DNA of 64,000 bases from Eledone cirrhosa (Eukaryota): positions 301,072,001 through 301,136,000 of the forward strand of contig OZ024742.1 in NCBI GenBank assembly GCA_964016885.1, given 5' to 3'. The notes under the pieces are model-generated. The model was not told the DNA's origin. It saw nothing but the letters and a program-made list of their open reading frames with translations, and did not search any database. The position numbers and the translations under genes were made by a program. This document shows positions 1 to 11,391 of this stretch, one piece after another. The number at the start of each line of letters is the position of its first letter. Positions within the stretch are counted from its first letter, which is position 1.

Positions 1-1070
1 ACCTCCACGTATTCCTCACCGAACAACCGGTGTGGGCCCCGTTCGTGAGGCGAGCCTTCCCGCGACTCGTCTCGCTGACCGAGCTGCAGTCCTGGGTCAA
101 GCAAAGACCGAGGAAAATGGGTGACTGGCACATTGAATGTGTTCAGGCGCTCTCAGTCCTCTGGCAAACGAACCCAGCGATCAGTGGAGACTTCACCTCA
201 TCATTCTATAAAGGGTTAGTCCACAGCAAGTGCGACGACACTCTCGGAGAAACTCTAGGCGTAGAGGAAGACGAACTGGCCAGTCTGTTCGGTAGGACAT
301 TCCGCCCAGGACCGATGGACAACTTCCACAAGTCCCTGGCCTGGCAGTGCTACCGAGGAGCTCTACCCATTCAAGACACGGGCGCCCCGGCAGGGATCCC
401 TCGAAAAAGATCTGTCCAAGATGCGTGCGGGACAAGGAAACCGTCGCGCATTCGTACACTGCCCAGGCGTTACCGACCTGTGGAGCTATGCAGAATGATT
501 ACTGTCACGGGTGGGACAAATCTGGTTGACCACTGAGTCCATTATTGCGATCAAACCGTCACCTTCCTTCAACAACAAAGGAGAGGCGGTTTTCCTCTGT
601 GTAATGGCTATGGTGAAACAGGCTATATGGTGGACGAGACTGAAAGGGCTGAGGTCAGACACCTTTCTCTCCGGCGAACAACTGGTTCGCTTCTTCAAAT
701 ATCATTTTAGAAGAAGAATCAGAGTGGAGAGAGAGGTGCTGCACCACAGCAAATTTTACGAAAGGTGGGTGAATGTGGCAAGGATGGCCCGAGTGGGTGG
801 GCCTTCTCTCTATATAAACCTGTAGGTTGATGAAAAAGAGGAAGGGACCGCTCACTCTTCGTGCTGCTGGAGATGAGGGTTGTACATTTTTTTGTGGTGT
901 GTACAACCCATGTGTAACGCCTCCCCCCTTATTGGGGATTTCGATTGTTAAATTTAATATAATTGTTATTAATTCTTTTTTTCTTTACACGCCTGTATGT
1001 AAACTCCCCACTATATGTATGTATTTGTATTTGTCCCCATCTTTTTGCACCCTTGTGGCAAATAAAGAAA
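1..1070 (+). mobile_element. 3' end of a degraded Tx1/L1-clade non-LTR retrotransposon (ORF2 C-terminus and 3' UTR)
   Basis: Joining frames gives SLAWQCYRGALP...CPRC...ETVAH..HCPGVTDLW, a CCHC/zf-RVT-like C-terminus, with frameshifts and a stop. AATAAA at 1061 is followed by (TATC)n. Confidence 0.7.
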
Positions 1071-1749
1071 TATATCTATCTATCTATCTGCATGTCTATC
1101 TATCTGTCTGCCTATCTATCTATATATCTGCCTGTCTATCTATATATATGTGTGTGTGTGTGTATGTGTATAATCTGGGTGCTGGTTTTTCACCAAGAAA
1201 CAATAGATGATTATCTCAGCTCCACTTTGATGGATGTTGTTGCTGGTGTCACTGCAAAATAGACGGTCTACATTTTATTCTGATTCTGTTTCTTGTAGAA
1301 TACTATGGACACCATTGTACACTGGAAATTAATCACATTAACTGCTGTCGTATCTTTCTACACTATCTTGTTGTTGTATAGCCCATGGTCAACCTTCATC
1401 AAGAAGACCTATGATATATGACATTCCATGCATGACCATCCCATCTTTTGAGGAGTATGTCTAGCACTACCTAATCAAATATGTCCTTTTCTTAAGACAT
1501 TAAGGTGCAATTTGAAGGTAATATGGCTGCTATTTCTAGCAGGTTGAGTGACTATGTGAAGCTTCTCTTGTTAGTTCATTCTTAGTTGTTTGTCAACTTA
1601 GGTTTGACCAGTTAAATCACAAGTTCATAAATAATTGAACTGGAACATTGGCCAGAGGCTAAACAAACCAGTGAGCCATTTGGCTTCTTTAATGAACACT
1701 TATGGTCATTTAATAAACCTTTAGAGTCCTTTTATGAGCCTTTAAAATC

Positions 1750-2035
1750 CTGCTGTAAGAGAGAGGAAGACGAACAATGAATTGTAGAGGATGATTGGAA
1801 TAGAACCAGTGATTAATGTTGTGAAGAAATATGGAATGAGATGGTTGGGTCATGTTTTGAGGAAGGATGAAAGTAACAGTGAGAGAAGTGATGGAAATGA
1901 ATGTGGGAGGAAGTCAAGAAAAGGGAACACCAAGAAAGACATGGGTATTGATGATAGAATGGGAAATGAAAAATAGGGGGTTGGTGGAGGAGGGATGCAG
2001 GTGATAGGGGAAATAGAGAAGCTTGTTATAAGGCC
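1750..2035 (+). mobile_element. Degraded RTE-type LINE 3' fragment
   Basis: MRWLGHVLRK and, in a shifted frame, G.PRKTW, matching the RTE C-terminal motifs. Confidence 0.6.
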
Positions 2036-2414
2036 TTCACCATAATAGTTATTCTAAAAATATTAGTATTCAAAATGAAACAAAAACAAACAAAAGAAAA
2101 TGTGTATATACATTTTTTCTTCTTTTCTTTTTTTTCTTCTCTTCTTCTTCACCCACTTATTCCTGGGAGGATCATGGGGGCAGAGTTCTCAATCATTCTT
2201 TCCAGCAAGTCTCGTCAGAAGCAACCATCTCCAACTGATCCAGCTGGATCCCCAAGTGAGACCAGTGAAGTTCATGGATATTATCCAACCATCTTGTTCA
2301 GGTTCTACCACTGGGTCTCCTGCTGTTTGGATTTGTCTGTAAAATCTGTCCAGCGATTCTTTCCTGTTTTTTTTTTGTTTTTTTTTAATATCATTTTGTT
2401 ATTTTGTGTTGCAG

Positions 2415-2501
2415 GCGTCAGACATGGTTGAATGATTATAACTTACAGCATGGCTTTCTCAATCCTGCTCATCTACAGCATCTTCTTGATGAGGCACTGA
2501 A
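2415..2501 (+). CDS. HEXD: Penultimate coding exon of a hexosaminidase D-like (GH20) gene
   Basis: Acceptor ttttgtgttgcag, donor gtaagt, 87 nt, phase 2-2. Encodes RQTWLNDYNLQHGFLNPAHLQHLLDEAL, which resembles the HEXD C-terminal W..Y.....P...QH segment. Confidence 0.8.
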
Positions 2502-2932
2502 GTAAGTGCTTTCTCAAATTTTTGTCATCTCTTTAGTGTATCCCACCTACTAGACCTAATATATCCCACAAACTAAATCTGAGGTGCCTTATTGATTAGA
2601 TTTCACATATCTCACTAATTATGTCTATAATATCTAACTATAACTTTAATATCTCTCTAATTATGTCTTTAATATTACACTGTAATATTTCTGTAATACT
2701 CCACTATCCCACTATCTCACTATCTCGTCCAAAGGCTCACCATTAGCTCTTATAATATAATATATACTACTCATATAATATATGTACTACACTTATATTA
2801 ATATATAATATATACTGCTCCTATACTATGTACTACACCAGTAATACATATATACTGCTCCTATAATATAATATATTATATAATATATATATATATATAT
2901 ATCATCATCATCATCGTTTAACGTCCATATAT

Positions 2933-3360
2933 ATAAATGTAATCTGAGTTTTTCGAATATTAATAATAATATTCGATTCGTTTGCAATTATATAAACAAG
3001 CCTCATTTTTAAAGCCATGTCAGTAGAATGAGCCCCCCATTCTTGCTCTTGTGTTGGCATGACTGCTAATATGCAAATCAGGCGGATCAGTCACTGTATA
3101 TTTTAGAAAATATCATATATTTTCACTAGCTCTGGCAGGTGAACAGTGAACTGTACTGATGAAGGGTATAACCCAGAAACATTAGTATCTGCAGTTCTGT
3201 TTACATGCCAACACAAGAGCAAGAATGGGGGGTTCATTCTACTGACATGGCTTTAAAAATGAGGCTTGTTTGCATAATTGCAAATGAATCAAATATTATT
3301 ATTAATATTCAAAAAACTCAGATTACATTTATTATATTCAGCCATGTAGAGGGAAAATAA
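2933..3360 (+). mobile_element. Fold-back Penelope-like terminal module (about 129-bp inverted arms) in the last HEXD intron
   Basis: 2933-3061 is the imperfect reverse complement of 3204-3332. The spacer holds a hammerhead core, and the module is flanked by TA runs. Confidence 0.65.
3139..3204 (+). ncRNA. Type I hammerhead ribozyme motif
   Basis: CTGATGA (3156-3162) a GGGT ata ACCC a GAAAC atta GTA. Bulged stem I gaactgta/tctgcagttc, extended by gtgaaca/tgtttac. Confidence 0.7.
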
Positions 3361-3428
3361 ATTTTTTTATATATATTATTATATATATATATATATATAT
3401 ACTACTCCTATAATAATTGTTTTCACAG

Positions 3429-3618
3429 GTTGTACAACTGTTTTCAACAGCTGAGGTTCTCTATTCAGAAGAGTCTTACATTGATATTTTATGAAGACAC
3501 TGTCCAGGAATGGATCTGTGTCTGTATTGATCAGAAGCTTGATAAACTGAAGGACTTGTTGGACAGGGGCTGCCCACACCTGCCAGCCCCACCACCACCA
3601 ATGATAGCTGCAAAATGA
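3429..3618 (+). CDS. HEXD: Terminal coding exon of a hexosaminidase D-like gene
   Basis: Acceptor tttcacag splices in frame (AA|G = Lys) to LYNCFQQLRFSIQKSLTLIFYEDTVQEWICVCIDQKLDKLKDLLDRG...stop. FYEDTVQEW matches the HEXD FYPDAVEEW motif. Confidence 0.8.
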
Positions 3619-3872
3619 CACTTGGCTGGTTGTACTGATCTTGTTTAGAGTGTGCAAAATATTTTGACTAGGCAGTTTATTATATTAGCCACACCCATGC
3701 TGTGCCATGTAAAAAAAGGTTATTTCCAGTTGTGTGATGACGAGAGCCCATAAAACTCAGAGTATCAACAGAGAGTAACCTCAATAATATAATAAAATAT
3801 ATATTCTCTACTTCGGTATTGAGTACTCTTTCCTCATATTTGCTAACCAAAATATATATATATATGTATATA

Positions 3873-4205
3873 GGCACATGGCTTAGTGGTTAGAGCATTG
3901 GCCTTGCAATCGAAAGGTTGTGAGTTCAATTCTCAGACCGGATGATGTATTGTGTCCTTGAGCAAGACACTTTATTTCACATTGCTCCAGTTTACTCAGC
4001 TGTAGAAATGAGATGATAGAGACTATCATTCTACTGCAAAGTGGTCGTGGAGGTGCCATGGCAAAAAAGCACCCAGCACTCACTGTAAATGAGGTTGGTA
4101 TTAGGAAGGGCATCCATCTGTAGAAATCAAGCCAGAATCAGTTCCCGTCCCACCCTTGCAAGCAGGGAAAAGCAGATGTAAAATGACGATGATGATGATG
4201 ATGAT
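3873..4205 (+). mobile_element. tRNA-derived CORE-type SINE with RTE-like 3' tail
   Basis: A box tggcttagtgg, B box gagttcaattc, CORE-like gtgtccttgagcaagacactttatttcac, tail ending (GAT)n. Confidence 0.75.
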
Positions 4206-4219
4206 ATATATATATATAT

Positions 4220-4602
4220 TGTACAAGAATGTTGTTTATCTTAGTTGTTACATAGTAACTTCCTGGTGATAAGCAGGTCCTAGCCATCCAAAGCACTACA
4301 TGTCAGTAGCTTATCCCAGGTAAGTGATATTGGGTGACGGAGTATTTATTTATCAAATAATGGCAGTTAAGACGGGATTAAATCACTATAATTCTTTATT
4401 GCATTATATATATTTCTGTTACATGGGTAATCATGTGACTTTGTCAGATGCTTACGGAATCATTGCAATCACAATGATTGCATAACTGCACCAATGGTTG
4501 CGTAAGCATCCGACGAAGTCACATGATTACCCATGTAACAGAAATATATATAATGCAATAAATAATTATAGTGATTTAATCCCGTCTTAACTACCATTAT
4601 TT
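4220..4602. mobile_element. Fold-back Penelope-like module with a hammerhead motif in each inverted arm
   Basis: About 110-bp arms (4355-4464 / 4493-4602). Consensus gcat CTGACGA a gtcacatg attacc catgtaac a GAAATATATATA atgc; each arm has one core substitution. Confidence 0.65.
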
Positions 4603-4618
4603 TATATATATATATATA

Positions 4619-6284
4619 CAGTGGCATAGCTAGGGTGTGGCAAGGAGGGCACATGCCACGGGCGCTATATTTAGGGGGGCGCAATTTCGACCTAGATCGA
4701 TTTACATCCATGTCGTTTTTATCATTTTTTAAAATATAAGCCAAAAATGAAGCATGTGATTTCTTGATAGCCGACTTCCATGCCATGTCTAGTGCACTAA
4801 ACAGAGCAGATATCTGATTTGACTTCACAAAAACGCCCCCCCCCCCCCCCCCAACTCTCCACACTGACAGCAGGGCGGGTTGCAATTATGCGGGCGCTAT
4901 TTTTAGCTATACATTGCAAAACAGCAGATACCTCACTTGACCTCACAAAACCGCCCCCCCACCCCACCCACCCTGACTGAAGGGACATAGTTTTGGACGT
5001 GCAACTGGTGGACATGCAGGCGCTATTTTTAGCAATGCATTGCAATGACCAATACAAGATAATTATAATTATGAAGCTGGTTTACAACACAGAGTAGTTC
5101 GTCTTTTACAACTGGTACATAAGACGTATAGAAAAGGTATCATAATCCAAATGGCCAGATAGGATCGGATAGCTTCTATTAGGAATTCAATTTGACTCCA
5201 GTTTAGAGGGTTCAATGTTTTCTTCTATAATACAGTTCGTCAGAATTTACTAAATCGTATCCAAAATGCAAGATACTATGGTCTGCTGATTGATTTGACC
5301 CCTGACCAGGCGCACCGAGAACAACTGTCAAAAGTTGTGCGATATGTCGATGTTGATTTCAATATGAAGACGGTCGTTGTGAGGGAATCTTGTCTTGGAT
5401 TCATTCAAGTAATCAAAAAAGATGCCGCAAGCCTTGTTGAAACAATCGTAAAAGAGCTTGAAAAAGATGACCTACCACTGCAGAATTGTCGATCGCAGTG
5501 CTACGACAATGCTGCCATAGTGGCTGGGCACTGCAATGGGGTTCAGCAGAGAATGAGAGAGAAGAAGAATTTGATTCACTTCGTTAATTGCGATAACCAT
5601 TCACTTAATCTGGCTGGTCTTCATGCAGCCAAAAACGATTTTGCTATGATGAACTTTTTCAGTTGCATTGACTCGTTATACAACTTTTTTCTCGTTCAAC
5701 ATGACGATGGGAAGCCCTTAAAGAAGTTGCTCCAGTGGTTGTTAAATATCCTTTCGACACGCAGTGGAGTGTTAGATGTACCGCAGTCAGACCGGTGGCG
5801 AATTATTTGACGCTGATTGTTCAAGTTCTCGAAAAAATTAGTGAAACAGAGACATGCGAGAGTCGAAGTGATGCCAGTAATCTCCATAATCGGATACTGA
5901 GTTATGAATTCCTGAACTTGATTGGATTCTGGAACACGATTCTCTCATGAATTGACCGGGTTCAAAAGAGACTTCAAGATCCAAGAATGAATTTTCACGA
6001 TGCTGCAGCTGATATAGGAGCCCTTCAACTTTATTTTAAAGAAGAAGGAACATGCTTAAACCACGAGTCTCTTGAAATGGGCTTCGACCTCTGCCAGAAA
6101 TGGAATGTCGATTTTCCGAGGAGGCGAGGAAGACGACAAACCAATACCGAAATTACTGAGGACGTCGAGGTGGCTTACCAGAAAAGATATACACAGTGGC
6201 GTAGCTAGGGTAAACGGCGCCCAGATCAAGCATCAAAATTGCAATTTTGATGCTTGCCCTGGGCGCCGTTTACCCTAACTACGC

Positions 6285-6288
<4 letters not shown>
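4619..6288 (+). mobile_element. Degraded hAT DNA transposon (ZMYM1/DUF4371-type transposase fragments)
   Basis: Left TIR CAGTGGCATAGCTAGGG. Fragmented transposase YYGLLIDLTPD..HREQLS, SQCYDNAA, CDNHSLNL, TQWS. Right end CCCTAACTACGCCACT. Confidence 0.85.
6194..6288. mobile_element. 95-bp near-perfect palindromic hAT mini-element
   Basis: CAGTGGCGTAGCTAGGGTAAACGGCGCCCAG..CAAGCATCAAAATTGCAATTTTGATGCTTG..CTGGGCGCCGTTTACCCTAACTACGCCACT. Confidence 0.75.
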
Positions 6289-6323
<35 letters not shown>

Positions 6324-6424
6324 TATTGAAGTTTCCGTTGAAAATTGAAGAAGTCAGAGGAATGAAGAGTGCTCTATGTAAGTTACAGAGCTAAATATTT
6401 AATGTATAATAAACAATACAGTAT

Positions 6425-6502
6425 AATTACCTCATTACCAAAGGTTTCCCGAATAAGACGAATACAAGAAACGTCCGCATTCGTTCATCAGACAAGGTAA
6501 TT
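6425..6502 (-). ncRNA. Type I hammerhead ribozyme motif, intact core
   Basis: Reverse strand: aattaccttgt CTGATGA a cgaat gc ggacg [loop] cgtct t attcg g GAAACC ttt GGTA atgaggtaatt. 11-bp stem I, stem III ACC/GGU, GUA site. Confidence 0.85.
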
Positions 6503-7073
6503 TAAAACATAGTGAAATATTTGAAAAATCTCCTCAAGAAAGGTTTAACGGGCAAAAAAATAATAAATAAAAGTAATAATACAAGAGATGTATAAAAAAT
6601 AAAAATAAAGAAATATAGTAAGAGGATGTGTGTATATGCACATACATGTATGTATGTACAAATGCATGTGTATAGTGAAAAAAATGTGTGCGTAAGTACA
6701 TACATGAGGGCAAACATATTAGTGTATGTGTGACCACAAATACATATATATATATATGTTGAAAAAGGAATTGTAAGATAATGGAGTTAGCGTACATACA
6801 GACTCAGGGACTAAGGGTTGAAATATATACACATACAAGGATTAAAGGACGTACGTGTATAAAGATACACACGCGCAACCACATACATGTATGTGATATA
6901 TACAGGGAAGGGAGTGTATAAAGTCAACGCAGTGTCAGATGGAAGGTCAATACAAATATAATATAAAATATGATAAATTAATGAAATAATATATAAGAAT
7001 AAAAAATTAAGGCAAAGAGAAAGTAAGTGGGAGGGGTTATAATATATAAAGTAACATTAGAAAAAATAAATAA

Positions 7074-7115
<42 letters not shown>

Positions 7116-7289
7116 TATTGTGTTCAACACATAAATGTTGCTACCTCTGGTTTCAAAGTTTGCATGTGGTTTAGATTGTGCATTAACTATTAACGTGATA
7201 TTTCGTTAGGTGCAAGGGGGAATAACCCTGTCTTAATCTTTTGTTTTTCTAATGCAAGGGGAATAACTCTTGCTAATAATATAGTTAAT

Positions 7290-7460
7290 CCGGTTGAGGG
7301 TCAGGCGCCATGCTTAGGAGCATAGAATTACGCTCCTTTGCGGTCTTAGTTCAAATCCCGCTGAGGTTAACTTTGCCTTTCATCCTTACAGGGTCGATAA
7401 AGTAAAGCATCATCAATGCACTGGGATAATTGCTGGCCTTGTGCCCAAAGTAGAAACAAA
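7290..7460 (+). mobile_element. tRNA-derived SINE with Meta-type central domain
   Basis: B box gttcaaatccc, central gttaactttgcctttcatccttac.gggtcgataaa, tail gctggccttgtgcc.aaagtagaaac. Confidence 0.75.
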
Positions 7461-7564
7461 TTGTTTTCCTAACTCAGGGGGAATGACTCTTGCTTTTATG
7501 GTGTCTTCATGTGAATTTCTCTAAGATGTTGGTGGGTTTGTGATACTGTGAAATTGGTTATTAA

Positions 7565-9418
7565 CACCGTGTAACAAAAAATTTTTTTTTTCTCTGTTCC
7601 TGGCTTGTAATCACTTTTTTTGTGTTGCTTAGGTCCCAAATAAATTTTTTAAAAGTGCTATTAAACAGTTAAAAGTTGGGGTTTGTAAAAATTCTAAGCT
7701 ATTCACTAGAATTATTTGTATGCTGGATTTTACATTGTATGTAAGTTTAATTTGCCTATGTTAAATGATCTTTTTACCCATGCTAGCGTGGAAAATAGAC
7801 GTTAAACGAAGATGATGATGATGATGATGATGATGATGTTTCAGGTTAAATTAAAATTATAAAATAAAGAAAATTATAAAAGTGCAATAAAGTATAAATT
7901 TGTTAAAAAGTGGATTAAAGAGATTTATTTCACACCCTGAATAAAGGGTAAGTTGTGTTTTAAGCATTCGTCTCCAGGATGAAGCAGTGGAACTTGGTCA
8001 AGGAGGAAGTGCAGGTGACAAGTCAGAGAAATCGACACAAACCTTTCTCAGGCTTTTACACTGTTAGGGATGGCTTCTGCCATGACGTGTCTGGACTGTT
8101 TGACGTTATTGGGGTGCCGTTTGTGCCCAAGGCTATTTATAGACAGCTCCACCACAAGTTTGAAGGCTGTCCTCCTCCACAATGGAAACAAGTTCCCGAC
8201 ACTGCCCCTAGGTCATTCAGTCTGCCTGAAGGAAGATTACTACAGTGTGAAAGTCCTCTTGGAAGCTCTGCAATACAACCAGTACAATTGGGAAATCATT
8301 GGAGACTTCAAGATGGTGGCTTTCCTGCTTGGACTCCAAGGAGGCTTTATCAAATTCCAATGCTTCCTCTGCCTTTGGGACAGCAGAGCCACCTCTGACC
8401 ACTCCAAAAGAAAGAACTAGGAGCAGCGAACAGAATTTGTAGTTGGGACCCGGAACGTCATGTGGAAGCCACTGGTTGATCCCAGGATTGTGCTCATGCT
8501 GCCACTGCACATTAAGTTGGGGTTGATGAAGCAGTTTGTGAAGGTTCTCACCCAAGAATCAGCCATTTTTAAGTACCTTCTTGAGTTCTTCACCAAGTTA
8601 TCTGAGGCCAAAATCAAAGGTGGAATTTTTGTTGGACCTCAGATAAAGAAGGTCTTTGAGTCTACCGAGTTCTCCAATAAGCTCAATAGTATTGAGAGAA
8701 CAGCATGGAACTGTTTCAAGGCAGTTGTTAAGGGCTTCCTGGGGAACTACAGAGCTGAAAACTACCAGCAACTGGTGCAGGATCTGATAAAGGCTTTTGG
8801 CGCCATGGGATGCAGGATGTCGCTTAAACTCCATATGCTGGACACTCAGCTGGAAAAATTCAAGGACAATATGGGCACCTACTCAGAAGAATAAGGCGAA
8901 CGATTCCACCAAGATGTGAAAGAGATAGAGCGGAGGTACCAGGGCCACTACAATGAAAAAATGATGGGGGACTATATCTGGGGGCTAGTGCAGGAATGCG
9001 ACCTGAACTACAACCGCAAATCCAGGAAAACCAGTCATTTCTGACGTGTATAAGTTGCTTTATAAGTGTTATTTGTTTTTACTTTTGATAAACTTATGTA
9101 ATAAAATAAATATATGCTCTGTTGATTTAATTATATGAACTGATAAATTTTTTTTAAATGTGTTTTTTCTTGAAAAGTATGAAAATTTCGAAATATCAAA
9201 CTCCTGACCACAAACCCAAACTTCTGATTAAATAATAGTGTTTTTTTATAATAATTGTTTCTACTTTAGGCACAAGGCCAGCAATTACCCAGTGCATTAC
9301 TGGTACTTTATTTTATCGACCCCGTAAGGATGAAAAGTGTTTTTTTATAATAATGGGATATAACAAACCAGGAAATGATACTTAGAACTAGGGAACAAAT
9401 AAAATATGTTACACAGTG
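7565..9418 (+). mobile_element. Chapaev3-like (CMC) DNA transposon with disrupted transposase
   Basis: TIRs CACCGTGTAACA / TGTTACACAGTG, TAA duplication (7562-7564, 9419-9421). Transposase pieces LFIDSS..SLKAVLLHNGN, GDFKMV, LHIKLGLMKQFVK, SEE*GERFHQD. Confidence 0.75.
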
Positions 9419-10059
9419 TAATCGTAATGTCATATGTCAAGGTTTATATGGGATACGTATTATGAGTGCGTCTATATGTAACTATATGTATCCTGGTGTG
9501 GTGTTTAAAGTGGTTGTAGATTTGTGATAGTGCTGGCCCATGCCGTACGTAGATCACTGTTTATATGTATTTTCTGAACATCTCAGTCTTACTCTTCAGA
9601 TATCTGGTATAATATCCTGTAATTCTCACTAATACAAAGTGAACACCTTTTCTCCCTTTAATATAGGGCTTGGTCCACTTCAGAATGCTCCAGTCTACCT
9701 TCTGTGGTATGTTTATATCTTTAATAATGATGATGATGTGCTCCTCTCTTATCACCTGCCACCTCCCTGATACACCTTCCCTATCCAACTCATGCATGCA
9801 TATGCATGGCAAACCAGACACACTCTACATAATGCTAAGTGCAATTGTCTTCAAGGCCATCTTCATGACACATCAATTTTTCCATAGACGTGACAAATAA
9901 AATTATCTAGTCTCCATGGCAAAAGATCTTCATAGTCAGCCTATATTTTGCCAACCACATTCGATTTTTAAAGATTACACAACACAGTGTCTTTAAAATA
10001 TGTGCACAAAGATTTGCACCAACACACAAACACACATTTTAAACACTGAAGTTCATAGG

Positions 10060-10095
<36 letters not shown>

Positions 10096-10498
10096 ACATG
10101 CTCAGACCAGAAACACAACTCAAAAAGACAAGATGGAATATAATAAAACAAAAAGGAGACAAAACAACAAGTTTCGTCATTGAGGAGGTCGCAGAATGTG
10201 TGACGAGAGCTTTGATAATATACATGACAATTAACAATTAACAAACAACCATCCGGTTACTAAATTAACCAATGAATGGATTAGTTACCCAACTAATAAT
10301 AAACAGAAATGAAAGTCAACTGGTGCATGTAATTTCATTGGCAACATGACCTTCCCATAGTATAACATCTATTTCAACACATTATTTCACATAAAAAATC
10401 TCTCTCTTTCTCTCTCTCTCTGTTTTTTCTTATATATATATATGTGTGTATGTGTATCCACCAGTCCATGGTATATCATTAAAGTACCTATATATATA

Positions 10499-10857
10499 CA
10501 GCAGAACCTCACGATATGAGTGCCCCATTGTACAAGCCGAGGTTTGTGGGAATTTTTGATTTGTAGTATGAGTGGAAATCCGCACTACGAGCAAGTTTCA
10601 TGCAATTAATTAAACCAGTTTACATATTTCTTTTGTATTCTCTTTTATTATGTTTTTATAATTGTCATTTTCCATGTAACTGCACCTTTTCTGTTTTAAA
10701 ACCCACAAAAAATGATTTTTGGGTGATTTGGTGGGGCTGGAAAAGATTATTTATATTTTAATTAATTTTGATGTGGAAAATTGATTTGTAAAACGAATAA
10801 AGTGTAAATTGAGCTTGGTCATGGAATGAATTAAACTCGTACTGTGAGGTATCACTG
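10499..10857. mobile_element. Tigger/pogo-like non-autonomous MITE
   Basis: Imperfect TIRs CAGCAGAACCTCACGATATGAG / CTCGTACTGTGAGGTATCACTG, with TA on both sides. Confidence 0.65.
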
Positions 10858-11019
10858 TATATATATATATATACCCTTGCAAGCAGGGAAGAGTGGACGT
10901 AAAATGATGATGATATATATATATTTTTTTTTTTAATTAACTAATTTATTTATTTATTTATTTATGGCAATATGAATAAACCTGTTTTTTCTCTAGACAT
11001 TTTTTTCGCTTCTGCCACT

Positions 11020-11375
11020 ACCCAGTCTCCTCTTTCTATTTCTTTAATTTCTTATTCCATTTTCTGATGAAAGACCAGCGTCTGAAACGTTAAGACTCTT
11101 TCCCTACTATATCAAGCATAAAATTAATAATATTTTTCTTCGTTGTACTGTGTTGTTTGCTTTGTTATTTCTGTTTGTCTTTTACATACATTCACACACA
11201 CTCCGATTTTGCCCTGCTCCTCAATCTTTCTAATTTTTCAGTCTTTCTTCTGATGAAGGACTAGCGTCCGAAACGTTAAAACCCTCTTCCTGCTATTTCA
11301 AGCATTAAACTAATATATTTCTTCTATATATTGTACCATTTGTGTTGTTATTTCTGTTTACCTTTGACATACATG
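11020..11375 (+). ncRNA. Tandem pair of 186-nt units, each with a minimal hammerhead motif (retrozyme/PLE pLTR-like)
   Basis: CTGATGA a AGAC cagc GTCT GAAACGTT at 11064 and CTGATGA a GGAC tagc GTCC GAAACGTT at 11250. The flanking sequence of the two units also aligns. Confidence 0.75.
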
Positions 11376-11391
11376 TAAATATATATATATA

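Larger units (their letters stand above)
6321..10390 (-). mobile_element. Degraded Penelope-like element (GIY-YIG C-terminus, 3' region and hammerhead), interrupted by nested insertions
   Basis: Minus strand at about 9560-9720 gives WSILKWTKPYIKGRK(G)CSLCISE...KSKTEMFRK, like the PLE W.I....PY....C.LC..EK...N...E...KC.H motif. A hammerhead at 6425-6502 is on the same strand. Continuity across the insertions is inferred. Confidence 0.55.

Noticed and set aside
2190-2225. Minus-strand CTGACGA...GAAA
   Set aside because: No pairing stems; part of a decayed LINE 3' fragment
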